Positions 13,200-26,423 of a DNA stretch of 64,000 nucleotides are shown here, in pieces; within the stretch, counting starts at the first letter, position 1; each line of letters begins with the position of its first letter. A program made the translations under genes and the position numbers. Origin of the DNA: Stegostoma tigrinum (Eukaryota). The notes under the pieces were generated by a model, which made no database searches, was not told the DNA's origin, and was given only the letters and a program-made list of their open reading frames with translations. The DNA lies in assembly GCF_030684315.1 (NCBI RefSeq), contig NC_081362.1:74419018-74483017 (forward strand), in the 5' to 3' direction.

Positions 13200-15575
13200 G
13201 AAGTCGTAGTATGATGTTAATGTCAGGAGTAATCCAGGACCCCATACTCATGTTTTTGGAATAGGGGTTTGAATACATCTTGCAGATGATGAAGTTTGAA
13301 TTTAGTTTAAAAAAAATTGTCTGGAATGAAAAACCTACCTAATGACACCCATATTGTAACTGTCATTAAAGTCTGATTCACGGATGTCCTTCAAGGGAGA
13401 AAATTTGCTCTCCCTAACTGGTCAGGCCCACATGTGACTTCAAACCCACATCAATGTGACTGATACTTGACTGCCCTCTGATATGACCCTAGCAAGCAAT
13501 TGTCCTGAGCCACTACCAAGTCTAAAGGAAGGAACTAAACTGAAAGAAGCACCTGGCATCACCTTACAATATGGAAACTTATGGAAGCAGAGCCCTGTTG
13601 ACCCTGAAACGCCCTCCTTACCATCAACTGGAGCGCTGTGCTAAAATCGTGGGAGCTGTCCCACTGATTAGTGAACAACAGCCTTACATAGACATATTCA
13701 TGGAATCAAATATTACAGAAAGTGGCAGGAAAACACACTCACAATCCTTAGGTATGCCCTGGCCCTCTGGCCGAAGCAGTGACACAGTTGTATACAATCA
13801 GGAAAGACTTGGCTGGGAGTCCTCAACATTGACTCTGAATCCCATGAAATATCATGGCATCAGATTAAAAGTGGGCAAGGAAATCTCCTGCTAATTACCA
13901 CTTCTCCCGTCTGGCTGATGAATTAGTGCTCTTCCATGTTGAAACCATTTGGAGAAATGTTGAGAGTGACAAGGGCACAGAATTACTCTTGGTGGGAGAT
14001 CTCAATATCTGTCATCATAAACATGACTCAGTAGCACCTCTACTGACTGAAGTGGCCAGTCCTTAAAGAACCTAGTTGCTGGACAAAGTCTGCAGCATGT
14101 GACCTACTTGGCTTCATCCTCACCAATCTACCTGTCACAATGCATCGTCCGTGATAATATTGGTAGGAATCACACCTGCTCAGTACTGGTGGAGGTGAAG
14201 TTCCATCTTCAAGTTGAGGATACATTCCATCATGTTATGTGACCATGTCACCATGCCAAATGAGACAGACTTCAAACAGTTCTAGTAGCTCAAAATTGGG
14301 CACCTATGAGGCACAATGGCAGATCAGCAGCAGTGGAATTGTATTCAGTTACATTCTGTAACTCATGACCCAGCATATTCTCCACTTGATAATCACTATT
14401 AAACCAGGAAACCAATACTGGTTCCGTGAAGAATGCAGAAGGGCATGTCAGGAGCAGTGCCAAGCACGATCAAAAATAGAGTGCCAAACCGGTGAACACA
14501 GGAGTACTTGTGTGCCAAACAAAGGAAGCAACATGCAATATTTAGGGCTAAGCAGTTCCATAGCCAATGTATCAGATCAAAGCTGTGCAGCCCAGCAACA
14601 TCCAATCTTGAATGGTAATAGACAATCGAACAGCTAAGAGTATCAGGAGTCTTCACAAATATCCCCAAAGATGGGGGAGCCCAAGACATCAATTCTAAAG
14701 ACGAGGCTGAGTTATTTGTAACCATCTTTAGTCTGATGTGCCAAGTGGATGATCCATTTCAGTTTCTTGAGATCCCCAGCACCACAAATGCCAGACTGAA
14801 CCAGTTCAATCCATGTGATATCAAGGAATGCTGAAGGCAGTAGAGACCGCAAAGAGTAGGGGACTGGATAGCATTGAGCAAAGAAGACTTGTGCTCCAGA
14901 ACGTACATGCTCTTGGCCAAGTTGTTCCAGTATAGCTACAGTGTCATTTACACAACAATGTAGAAAACTGCCCAGTTAAATTATGCACACAAAATGTGGG
15001 AGAAATCCAACATGACTGGCAGTATATAACTGAATATGACAACAATGCCTATTCACCATTTATAAAGCACAAAATCAGGAATGTGATGACGTACTCTCCA
15101 CTTGTGTGGATATTTGCAGTTCCAACAGTCATCGGGAAGGACAATGCAGCCTGCTTGATTGCCACCTTAACAATCACCTTCAACATTCACTCTCTTTAAC
15201 ATTGATGCACAGTGGCAGTAGTAAGAACCATTTGCAAGACGTACTGCAGTAACTCACTGCTCCTCTGACTGTACCTTCCAAATCTGTGATGTTTATCATT
15301 TAGTAGAATAAATGTAGTAAATGCACGAGAAGACTACTATCTGCAAGAGCACCTCCAAGTAATTCACCATCCTGCCTTGGAACTATATCACCGCTTTATC
15401 ACTGTCGTGGTATTAAACTTTGGAACTACTTCCTAATAGCATGTGGGCATCCCCATACTCCAAGGATTATGACGGTTCAAGGCAATGCCTCACCACCACA
15501 CCCTGGAGGCCAGTTTGGAATTGGCAATAAACGTGGCCTGGTCAGTGATGTCCACGTCCCATGAACAGATTTTAA
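13200..15575 (+). mobile_element. Old, heavily decayed non-LTR retrotransposon (CR1/L2 group)
   Basis: Broken APE-endonuclease-like motifs (LVGDLNI at ~13990, L.LILTNL-like at ~14107) and IITIKPGNQYWFREECRRACQEQ linker in ORF 14365..14637, with many stops and frameshifts. Boundaries approximate. Confidence 0.55.
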
Positions 15576-16069
15576 AAAAAATGCAAAATCTACTTTACCA
15601 CTGCGCAGTGGTATGTGGCATTGTTGGTCATGCAGATTTTGGAAGAGGCATTAACTGCCATATGACAATTGTAAACTTCTCAAACAGAGAAAGGAAGTTT
15701 AGAAGCAGCTTAGCACACTACCCCCACCCAATACTATCAAAGTATAGTCATTTGCTTCTGTGAACTTGCCGATTGGTTGTCAATAAACAGTAGTGTTTTT
15801 ACTTCAAAAAGTATCAAAGATATTGGAATGTTTTGATGGTGAGAGACATAACGATATAAATATGTAGTTGCATTGAACTTACACAGTTTGCAAACCATGG
15901 ACTGTTTGCTGGATGATTAGATCCATTCCATTTGTTACAATATATTAAAAAATTATAACTGAATTTTGAGGGTGATAACTATTTCACTATGAATTCATAT
16001 TGCAAACCAGAATAATTGTTGATTATTCTGTCACAGGTGAACAACTAAACCAGTCATATTCCGCTACAT

Positions 16070-16197
16070 AAAAACGGAAAGTACTGCGGATGCAGAAACA
16101 AAAACAGAAGTTGCTGGAAAAGCTCAGCAGGTCTGGCAGCATCGTGAAGAGAAAGATCAGAGTCAACATTTTGCATTCAGAGACCGTTCCTCAGAAT
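16070..16197 (-). mobile_element. PLE pLTR tail-only element (second subfamily) starting at a decayed hammerhead core
   Basis: Reverse complement reads ttCTGAGGAacggtctctgaatgcaaaatgttgactc...gatgctgccagacctgctgagcttttccagcaacttctgtttttg; homologous to 45710-45846 and 53361-53499. Confidence 0.75.
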
Positions 16198-16775
16198 TTC
16201 CCATTACACGTTGCTATGCTCACATGTACATCACAGTAGTTAGTGACCTTTTAAAGAAACCTGACATCTGTCTCTCTCTAAGTGCTGTTGATCAAGTAAC
16301 AACTAATACGTCTGCAAGCATTTAAAGATTTTATTCACAAATTGATATGTTGTCAGTTTAGTTTGGTACACAGACATGAGAAAATGTGAATTCGTTGTTC
16401 AATGTCTCCAACAAGTTCCACCACGGTAGTAAATTTCGAATTCTATAATGTTGAAAATATGATGCATATAAATCAGTTGAAATGCTAATTTTTGGGTATT
16501 TGTGTGTTGTAACTGTCTTCTTAGTAATTGCATGAAAGCTTCCCTGTGACTTCAGGTCGTAAGGGAAAGGCATCAGGATCTGTCACAGTTTATTCATAAC
16601 AAATCAACAGTACAAACCATTCTGATGCCAGCTGGAAGAACTGATTTCCTGCAATGCAGCATTGGATCTGTAACAATTAGAAACCCAAATGTTGCCAAGA
16701 TGTTCTAATGCTTTGCCTGCATGTTTCACTGAGATCTCTTTTTTTTAATGCATTGCATTGTCACAGCCGTTTCCA

Positions 16776-17071
16776 CATAGAATCCCTACAGTGTGGAAAC
16801 AGGCCCTTCAGCCCAACAAGTCCACACCAACCCTTGGAGCATCCCACCCAGATCCATCCCCTTATACCCCACCTAAGCTACACATGCCTGGCCAATCCAC
16901 CTCACCTGTCCATCTTTGGACTGTGGGAGGAAACCAGAGCACCCGGAGGAAACTCATGCAGACACAGGGAGAACGTGCAAACTCCACACACACAGTCGCC
17001 CAAGGCTGGAATTGAACACGGGTCCCTGGCACTGTGAGGCTGCAGTGCTAACCATAGAGCTACCGTGCCGC
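16776..17071 (-). mobile_element. tRNA-derived V-SINE (HE1-like)
   Basis: Minus strand starts gcggcacggtagctctatggttagcactgcagcctcacagtgccagggacccgtgttcaattcc (A/B boxes), then the V-domain and a ctgtagggattctat tail. Confidence 0.9.
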
Positions 17072-18553
17072 TCTTTTTTATGGCCAGTGTCTAAATGTTT
17101 TCATACAAATTATCGCACACATTTGTAAATCTTTGTAAACTTACTTTTCAAAAGTGTACTTGGATTTAATTGAATAAATTTGATAAAATAAAGCAACCCA
17201 TTTGGCAAGCATCCTATCTGCTCCATGAACGCCATCCATAAGTTTCCCTGTAACAACATACCAAGGCTTCTTCAACAGAATCTCCAAACTTTGATCTTTG
17301 TGATCTTTGTCACTTGGAAGAACAAGAGCAGCAGATACATGGCAATGCCACCAATCACAAATTCGAAGCAACACAACATCTTGACTCAGAAACATGCCAC
17401 TATTCCTTCACTATCGATATCCTAGGACTCTGTCCCCATAAGGACTGTAGTGTTATCTACACGGATTGCAGTGATTGAAGAAACTTTTTGAGGGCCATTA
17501 AGTTTGGACAATAAATGCTGATTAAACCCACATCTCATGATTAAATTAAAGAAAGTGCATCTTGCTGTTAAACACAGTTATTTATGTTATCCTACACAAT
17601 GCCAATATGTACAAACTGTGAAAGTAGGTGTGTGTTTGTCAATCATGCTCAAATGTTGCCACGAGGCAAATACTTGGCAATTCAAGTCTAATGTGAATCA
17701 AGAAGCCGTTTCATTTCACAGTCAGATGAACACATAAAAATGTAGTTATGACAACTCAGATTTATGTATTTTCTTCCATAAAGTTTAATTGATTGCTATT
17801 TTAAAAAATCATTTTTACAGTCATAGTGGATATCTACAAGCTAACATATATTCAGTGAAGCATGAAAAATCATTCCTAACATAGATGCTTATTGTCTGCT
17901 CAATGGGAAACTGAATCTCAGTGATGGAGTAGCTTGTTTTATCATGGTTTTTGTGTGGTCTTTATATTTAATAGGGCCGTATTTGTAAGTTGCTTGCACA
18001 CTACTACTTTTGTGCGCACAATTCTGATTTGCACTGTCACTGAGGAAGGCTGTCTCACTGGAGCACAGAGTATCGTTAATGTCATGATAATCTATTTCCT
18101 TTCCTTGTGTAGACACACATAGACTATGGGACATGGTGGTGCTTAGGCAACGGAAATATAACTGTTGATAGCAAATGGGTTCTGTAATGAGAAACAGATA
18201 TTATAGCATTTTCTTAATTATCAGGGGCTGGGAGAAATGTGGGGTTGAATTTTTCCAGTCCTTTGGGTTGTGCTGGTGGAGCAGAAAAGGATTGAAGATA
18301 CGGAGGGTACCTGACGTCTTCATACCACTTCTCCTTTTTGACAGTGGTCAGGTATGATGTCAGATTGGTTGCCCTGCCTGCAAAACATGAAAATGGCCAA
18401 GTCTGCACCTCGGTGGCAATTTGCCCACATTAGGGGACCAGTTGCTGCAGGGGAGATTGTCATGAAAACCTTGACGGCCTCCCTGGAGCCTTCAAGAGGG
18501 AGAGACCTCCTGTTGGGATATTTCACAGCACAGAGAGAGGATCGCCTGTTGTA

Positions 18554-20335
18554 ATAGAACATAGAACATAGAACAGTACAGCACAGAACAGGCCCTTCAG
18601 CCCACAATGTTGTGCTGACCATTGATCCTCATCTATGCACCCTCAAATTTCTGTGACCATATACATGTCCAGCAGTCTCTTAAATGACCCCAATGACCTT
18701 GCTTCCACAACTGCTGCTGGCAACGCATTCCATGCTCTCACAACTCTCTGCGTAAAGAACCTGCCTCTGACATCCCCTCTATACTTTCCACCAACCAGCT
18801 TAAAACTATGACCCCTCGTGCTAGCCATTTCTGCCCTGGGAAATAGTCTCTGGCTATCAACTCTATCTATGCCTCTCATTATTTTGAATACCTCAATTAG
18901 GTCCCCTCTCCTCCTCCTTTTCTCCAATGAAAAGAGACTGAGCTCAGTCAACCTCTCTTCATAAGATAAGCCCTCCAGTCCAGGCAGCATCCTGGTAAAC
19001 CTCCTCTGAACCCTCTCCAAAGCATCCACATCTTTCCTATAATAGGGCGCCCAGAACTGGACGCAGTATTCCAAGTGCGGTCTAACCAAAGTTTTATAGA
19101 GCTGCAACAAGATCTCACGACTCTTAAACTCAATCCCCCTGTTAATGAAAGCCAAAACACCATATGCTTTCTTAACAACCCTGTCCACTTGGGTGGCCAT
19201 TTTAAGGGATCTATGTATCTGCACACCAAGATCCCTCTGTTCCTCCACGCTGCCAAGAATCCTATCCTTAATCCTGTACTCAGCTTTCAAATTCGACCTT
19301 CCAAAATGCATCACCTCGCATTTATCCAGGTTGAACTCCATCTGCCACCTCTCAGCCCATCTCTGCATCCTGTCAATGTCCCGCTGCAGCCTACAACAGC
19401 CCTCTACACTGTCAACGACACCTCCGACCTTTGTGTCGTCTGCAAACTTGCTGACCCATCCTTCAATTCCCTCGTCCAAGTCATTAATAAAAATTACAAA
19501 CAGTAGAGGCCCAAGGACAGAGCCCTGTGGAACTCCACTCACCACTGACTTCCAGGCAGAATATTTTCCTTCTACTACCACTCGCTGTCTTCTGTTGGCC
19601 AGCCAATTCTGTATCCAAGCAGCTAAGTTCCCCATTATCCCATTCCTCCTGACCTTCTGAATGAGCCTACCATGGGGAACCTTATCAAATGCCTTACTGA
19701 AGTCCATATACACCACATCCACAGCTCGACCCTCATCAACTTTTCTAGTCACATCCTCAAAAAACTCGATAAGGTTTGTAAGGCATGACCTACCCCTCAC
19801 AAAGCCGTGTTGACTGTATTTGATCAAGCCATGCTCTTCCAGATGGTCATAAATCTTATCCCTCAGAATCCTTTCTAACACCTTGCAGACAACAGACGTG
19901 AGACTTACCGGTCTATAATTGCCGGGGATTTCCCTATTTCCTTTCTTGAAGAGAGGAATTACATTTGCCTCTCTCCAGTCCTCAGGTACGACTCCAGTGG
20001 AGAGCGAGGATGCAAAGATCTTCGCAAGTGGCGAAGCAATTGCATTTCTCGCTTCCCAAAGCAGCCGAGGACAAATCTGATCCGGGCCTGGCGACTTGTC
20101 AATCTTAATGTTTGACAAAATTTTCAGCACATCAGCTTCGTCTATCTCTATCCATTCCAGCATGCACACCTGCTCTTCAAAGGTTTCATTCACTACAAAG
20201 TTGGTTTCTTTCGTAAAGACAGAAGCAAAAAACTCATTTAGGGCTTCCCCTACCTCCTCAGGCTCCACACACAAGTTCCCTATGCTATCCCTGATCGGCC
20301 CTACTCTTTCTTTGACCATTCTCTTATTCCTCACG
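18554..20335 (-). mobile_element. Young 5'-truncated CR1 LINE with uninterrupted reverse transcriptase ORF
   Basis: ORF 18643..20412 contains YRPVSLTS, QHGF, YMDFSKAFDKV, GVPQGSVLGP, KFADDTK and the CR1 C-terminus. (ATAGAAC)n tail at 18554-18574. The first ~25 codons (20336-20412) are flanking DNA, not element. Confidence 0.95.
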
Positions 20336-21217
20336 GAGCTGCCCCCCTGGCAATGGCACTGCTTAACCCCTGCAACTAACTGCCTGACCCCCGTTTTTAG
20401 GACTTCCTGCATGGCTCAGTGCTGTTAGACCACATTTAGCTTTCCTTGTATGTGCCTAGCCATCAACATAGCCATCGTCCTGCTCCGGCAGCTCCAGAAA
20501 TGGCTTCCAAGACCATTCTTTGGCAGATGGTGAAATGGTAATTCAGGATCCCATCGCTGGTTCTTTTGGTGTCAGATGTTGCCTTCATCAGAAAATCCAA
20601 ATGTGGGCATGGTTTAACTATGATTGCGGATGTGCTTCATCCTAAATGGCTATATTCAGATAGCTATATGGCCTTGCAATCTCATGACATTAATTAAGTT
20701 AAGATCTCAATAAATAATTCATCTAAATATTCTTCATCTGTGAGCTTAAACAGTATGTCTGCCTATCATTTTTCCCATCTTTGTTTCAGAGGGTTGAGCC
20801 ATGGACATCCATTGGATTGGTTTTCACACAAGTTCAAAGAACTGCAGTGCTTTCCCATTGCTCTTCCACAACAACTCACCAGGATACTTTACAGCTCAGG
20901 TATATTGGAAGGACTTACACAATGATATTCAGCCTGTTTGGCCACATTAAAAAAGACACCTCCCATGATCAGGGAGCCCAAAGCTTCAAAACAAGACTTC
21001 ACATACAATGAGTACAATCAAGTCTCACAATCCCACTCCTTTCCTCAGCAGATGTTCAAATATGCACTTTTGACTAGCAGTCATTAGGTAACAGTTGTAT
21101 TAAAAATATTTAGCAACCTGCTGTTGGTTGATATGTTGTTCTTGTTTTATGCACATTTAAAAGGCAAAGGAAATAATAGAAATCCACACTCCATAAAACA
21201 AGATGATCCTATATGTT

Positions 21218-23557
21218 AACAAAGTGTGAAGCTGGATGAACACAGCAGGCCAAGCAGCATCTCAGGAGCACAAAAGCTGATGTTTCGGGCCTAGACTCTT
21301 CATCAGAGAGGAGGATGGGGAGAGGGTTCTGAAATAAATAGGGAGAGAGGGGGAGGCAGACCGAAGATGGACAGAGGAGAAGATAGGTGGAGAGGAGAGT
21401 ATAGGTGGGTAGGGGATAGGTCAGTCCGGAGACGACGGACAGGTCAAGGAGGCGGGATGAGGTTAGTAGGTAGGAAATGGAGGTGCGGCTTGAGGTGGGA
21501 GGAGGAGATAGGTGAGAGGAAGAACAGGTTAGGGAGGTGGGGACGAGCTGGGCTGGTTTTGGGATGCATGGGGGGAGGAGATGAGCTGGGCTGGTTTTGG
21601 GATGCAGTGGGGGAAGGGGAGATTTTGAAGCTGGTGAAGTCCACATTGATACCATTGGGCTGCAGGGTTCCCAAACGGAATATGAGTTGCTGTTCCTGCA
21701 ACCTTCGGGTGGCATCATTGTGGCACTGCAGGAAGCCCAGGATGGACCTGTCGTCTAAAGAATGGGAGGGGGAGTAAAATGGTTCGCGACTGGGAGGTGC
21801 AGTTGTTTATTGCGAACCGAGCGGAGGTGTTCTGCAAAGCGGTCGCCAAGCCTCCGCTTGGTTTCCCCAATGTAGAGGAAGCCACAATGGGTACAGTGGA
21901 TACAGTATACCACATTGGCAGATGTGCAGGTGAACATCTGCTTAATATGGAAAGTCATCTTGGGGCCTGGGATGGGGGTGAGGGAGGAGGTGTGGGGGCA
22001 AGTGTAACGCTTCCTGCGGTTGCATGGGAAGGTGCCGGGTGTGGTGGGGTTGGAGGGGAGTGTGGAGCGGACAAGGGAGTCACGAAGAGAGTGGTCTCTC
22101 CGGAAAGCAGACAAAGGTGGGGTTGGAAAAATGTCTTGGGTGGTGGGGTCGGATTGTAGATGGCGGAAGTGTCGGAGGATGATGCGTTGTATCCGGAGGT
22201 TGGTGGGGTGGTATGTGAGGATGAGAGGGATTCTCTTTTGGCGGTTATTGAGGAGCCAGGGTGTGAGGGATGTGTTGCAGGAAATGCGGGCGACACAGTC
22301 AAGGGCGTTCTCGACCACTGCGGGGGGGAAGTTGCGGTTCTTGAAGAATGCGGACATCTGGAATGTGCGGGAGTGGAATGCTTCATCTTGGGAGCAGATG
22401 CAGCGGAGGTGAAAGAATTGGGAATAGGGGATGGAATTTTTGCAGGAGCGTGGGTGGGAGGAGGTGTATTCTAGGTAGCTGTGGGAGTTGGTGGGCTTGA
22501 AATGGACATCGGTTTCTAGGTGGTTGCCTGAGATGGAGACAGAAAGGTCCAGGAAGGTGAGGGATGTGTTGCAGATGGCCCAGGTGAACTTGAGGTTGGG
22601 GTGGAAGGTGTTGGTGAAGTGGATGAGCTGTTCGAGCTCCTCTTGGGAGCAAGAGGCGGTGCCGATACAGTCATCAATGTAACGGAGGAAGAAGTGGGGT
22701 TTGGGACCAATGTCGGTGCGGAAGAGGGACTGTTCCATGTAACCTACAAAGAGGCAGGCATAGCTTGGGCCCATGCATGTACCCATGGCCACCCCCTTGG
22801 TCTGTAGGAAGTGGGAGGAATCAAAAGAGAAATTGTTGAGGGTGAGGACGAGTTCGGCTGGGCGGATGAGGGTGTTGGTGGAAGGGGACTGGTCGGGCCT
22901 GCGGGATAGGAAGAAGTGGAGGGCTTTGAGACCATCTGCATGAGGAACGCAAGTGTATAGGGACTGGACGTCCATGGTGAAAGTGAGGTGTTGCGGAGCG
23001 GGGAATTGGAAGTTCTTGAGGAGGTGGAGGCGTGGGTGGTGTCACAGATGTAGGTGGGGAGTTCCTGGACCAAGGCGGAGAAATGTGGACTTCACAAGCT
23101 TCAAAATCTCCCCTTCCCCCACTGCATCCCAAAACCAGCCCAGCTCTTCCCCTCCACCCACTGCATCCCAAAACCAGTCCAACCTGTCTCTGCCTCTCTA
23201 ACCTGTTCTTCCTCTCACCCACCCCTTCCTCCCACCCCAAGCCGCACCTCCATCTCCTACATACTAGCCTCATCCCACCTCCTTGACCTGTCCGTCTTCC
23301 CTGGACTGACCTATCCCCTCCCCACCTCCCCAACTATACTCTCCTCTCCACCTATCTTCTCCTCTATCCATCTTTGGTCCACCTCCCCCTCTCTCCCTAT
23401 TTATTCCAGAACCCTCTCCCCATCCCCCTCTCTGATGAAGGGTCTCGGCCCAAAACGTCAGCTTTTGTGCTCCTGAGATGCTGCTTGGCCTGCTGTGTTC
23501 ATCCAGCTTCACACTTTGTTATCTTGGATTCTCCAGCATCTGCAGTTCCCATTATCT
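21218..23557 (-). mobile_element. Penelope-like element (Neptune-type) with inverted second arm, 15-bp TSD
   Basis: Minus-strand body 21218-23082; inverted plus-strand arm 23083-23557 repeats the EN end and pLTR. Direct repeats atgatcctatatgtt (21203-21217) and atggtcctatatgtt (23558-23572). Confidence 0.92.
21755..22975 (-). pseudogene. PLE polyprotein remnant: RT core, thumb, Cys-linker and GIY-YIG endonuclease (406 aa open; 5'-truncated, frameshifted near the C-terminus)
   Basis: MDVQSLYT (RT motif A), QTKGVAMGT, FLRYIDDC (YxDD), LTFLDL, FPCNRRKRYTC linker, VVYCIHCTHCGFLYIGETKRRLGDRFAEH. Confidence 0.9.
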
Positions 23558-26063
23558 ATGGTCCTATATGTTTTTTTTTCTATGCTTCCTTTGGATCTTG
23601 CAGTAAGTGCTAAATGACATAATGCTAATTGGACTTTAGCTTTTGGAAAACATTGAAGTTTAATTAGTAACTGATAGTATACGTGCGTTGGAGATCATTA
23701 AACTCTGACCCAAAACCAAAGATCCTGGCTTTTTGTCTGGAGCTGAACTACCCTTACAGCTCTATGTTGTCAAACACAGGGCTTAGTTAGCTAGACAACT
23801 CAAGCAGAAAAATAAATAAAACCAACAGCCCAAGTTCAATCCCTATCCCTGGTTGTTGTTTTCTGGAAAAATAAGTTTTTTTTGACAAAGCTTGTGACAG
23901 AGAAGAATATGCTGTTATTTCAGATGTAGCCTTTCATAATGAAGAATTACATACAAGACAATAAGTTGTCTTTATCTTTCAGAAATTGATAATGTACTGT
24001 ATTTAAGCTGATATCCAATTAGATATATAAATATTGATTGACTTCCCGCAGCCTAAATTAAATGATGACAATTGCAGCTTAGCAAGTAAAGATTAACACG
24101 TAAAGGTGTGGCAATAAAATCATTTTATCTTCAATAAATAAACCTTTATCCCCGTCAGCATTTTTAGGGAGTTATGTGCCATAGATAAGTGTTAAGAACT
24201 AAAGGACTAATTTATCAATAATTTTATTGTTACAGAATCAGATAACACTGCCACTTAAAATTTCCGGAAATAAATAATTAGTTAAAAATTTGTTTGTTTT
24301 CACCACTGAGGAAATGAAGAGTAAATAATTTATGTTTTAAGCATAGAAAATACTGTTTACAAAGCTTGCACCCTGCAAGATACTTCTGTCCAGTATTTTA
24401 CCATGAGTATCAATCTTCTTAAATTGAAAAGGCTAATACTTCCATTGAACTAGTTGATAAATAACTCTCATACAAATGTACTGAGCATTTTAACAATAAT
24501 ATTGTGATTTCTAGGTTTTATTGATTTTCAATTTTAACATCCAGCTCTTTTAAAATACATGACTTCAAAACCTATTCATTGTAACTGATAATTATGCTTG
24601 GTGTAAAACAATCATAGGTCCATGCATCTAATAGTAACTTTACAATGCCAACTGATCACCAGGGAGGAGTTGCAACTGATGACCTCTATGCAGAAATGTC
24701 ACACATTAACACCACTATGTTCAAAGTTATGGAGTATTCAGGCTTGTGACCATGCAGTCAACATCAACCGATAAGGAATCAGTTTCACCATGGCACCACA
24801 TGTCTGAACAGTATGGAAACAGATGTAATGGACATTTATATTTAGTTAAAGATGTCACTACCTCCTTTGAGATTGTTAGCTGCCTATAACTTGTAGTTCT
24901 TGCACCTAAAGCGGCACATTAACTTTGTAAACCTGTTGGTCTCTTTCAGTCCGTTGCAATTCTTTTTCGACTGGCAAGTCAAAAGCTGGCTTCCTGGCTA
25001 CTAAAAGATTGATCTCTCTGAGGCAGCTGAACGTCAGACTGTCAAATAACATCCACATTTTTTTTGAATGAATGTAATACCATCTCACAGGACATTACAC
25101 AGGATTCTCCTTGAATTAAACAAAGGAATATTTGCATTTACAGAGCATCAAAATATCTCAAAGTGCTTCACACAATTACTTACGATTAGAGTGCAATAAT
25201 ATGTAGACAAATGTTTTCATAAAGTCAGAACAGTTACTGTAAGAAGAAATAACCAGTGTATTTACATTCTTATTCTGTACAGCCATCCTTCCCCCTGGAA
25301 AATGCAAATACCAGTTGACATTAAGATACAAACACGATTCCCGGTCTCATTTGCTATTTCAAGTTAAATATAAGGAAGTGAACATAAACAGGTGAGATAA
25401 AATTTATCGTCAAGGATGACAGAGAAACTTGTGCAAAGTTATTGATGATCTGAATCTGGCTCAGGGTTGATATGTAACAGAGCAGCTGTCATGTCATGTT
25501 GTAACCTAGTGGAAGTCAGCTCTAAAGTCAATCTTTTGTTCTAACGTGCTACAGGTGCTTTACGTTGGAGACCTGCTGTTAATATGAAGTAAAGCCAGGG
25601 GTGAGATTTCCATCTTCCTTGTTAAAAGTTATCAAACGGAATTGGGGAAAGACATTGGAGTGGGCATTGCAATATGGTCAACGTGCTGATGTATTTCTCG
25701 GTGGGGTGAGATGCGGAGTAGGGTAAAATTATGGGGTTGATCTGTGGAAAAATTTTGTGGCTTTTGGGCTCCTAAATTTTTGTATTGCTACAGAATTCAT
25801 TCACTCACTCCAGAAATATCAATGAATATGGGGCAGGGAAGGATCCATCCCCACTGATAGTGACAGTAAGCTCTATACTCACAAACTGCCTGACAATTCA
25901 ATCTGCAAGGTTTGATTCTCACCTGGATATTATTATGGATATCAGGATAACTAACTACTTAGAATCAAGGCTGTATGCCTGTTGAAACTACCAAACCAAC
26001 TTAACCAATTCCCATTTAGTTTACTTTCTGGGCAATTCATTATTTATGACTTAAGCTTGAAGA

Positions 26064-26377
26064 ATTAGATTAGATTAGATTAGATTTCCCACAGTGTTGA
26101 ACAGGCCCTTCGGCCCAACAAGCCCACACCGCCTCATGGAGCATCCCACCCAGACCCATCTCCCTATAACCCACACACCCCTGAACACTACGGGCAATTT
26201 AGCATGGCCAATCCACCTAGCCTGCACATCTTTGGACTGTGGGAGGAAACTGGAGCACCCGGAGAAAACCCACGCAGACACGGGGAGAATGTGCAAACTC
26301 TGCCCGAGGCTGGAATTGAGCCCGGGTCCCTGGCGCTGTGAGGCTGCAGTGCTAACCACTGAGTCACCGTGCCACCC
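26064..26377 (-). mobile_element. tRNA-derived V-SINE (HE1-like) with (TCTAA)n tail
   Basis: Minus strand begins gggtggcacggtgactcagtggttagcactgcagcctcacagcgccagggacccgggctcaattcc; V-domain present; (ttaga)4 at 26065-26084. Confidence 0.9.
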
Positions 26378-26378
26378 T

Positions 26379-26383
26379 AAAAA
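26379..26383 (-). terminator. Candidate Pol III terminator (TTTTT) for the tRNA-like unit
   Basis: aaaaa on the plus strand, ~40 nt downstream of the tRNA-like 3' end. Confidence 0.35.
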
Positions 26384-26423
26384 CGTGACTTCCCGAGGCT
26401 GAGCACTAACTGGCCCAGGAAAT

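Noticed and set aside
15485-15763. ORF containing GIVGHADFGRGI, faintly like a CAP-Gly motif (CLIP4 is ALK's usual downstream neighbour)
   Set aside because: No splice acceptor, no GKNDG motif, and the ORF starts inside a LINE tail. I found no convincing CLIP4 exon anywhere in 1-29000.
20336-20412. Apparent N-terminus of the 589-aa ORF
   Set aside because: Chance read-through into flanking DNA; CR1 homology begins only at about VRNKRM.
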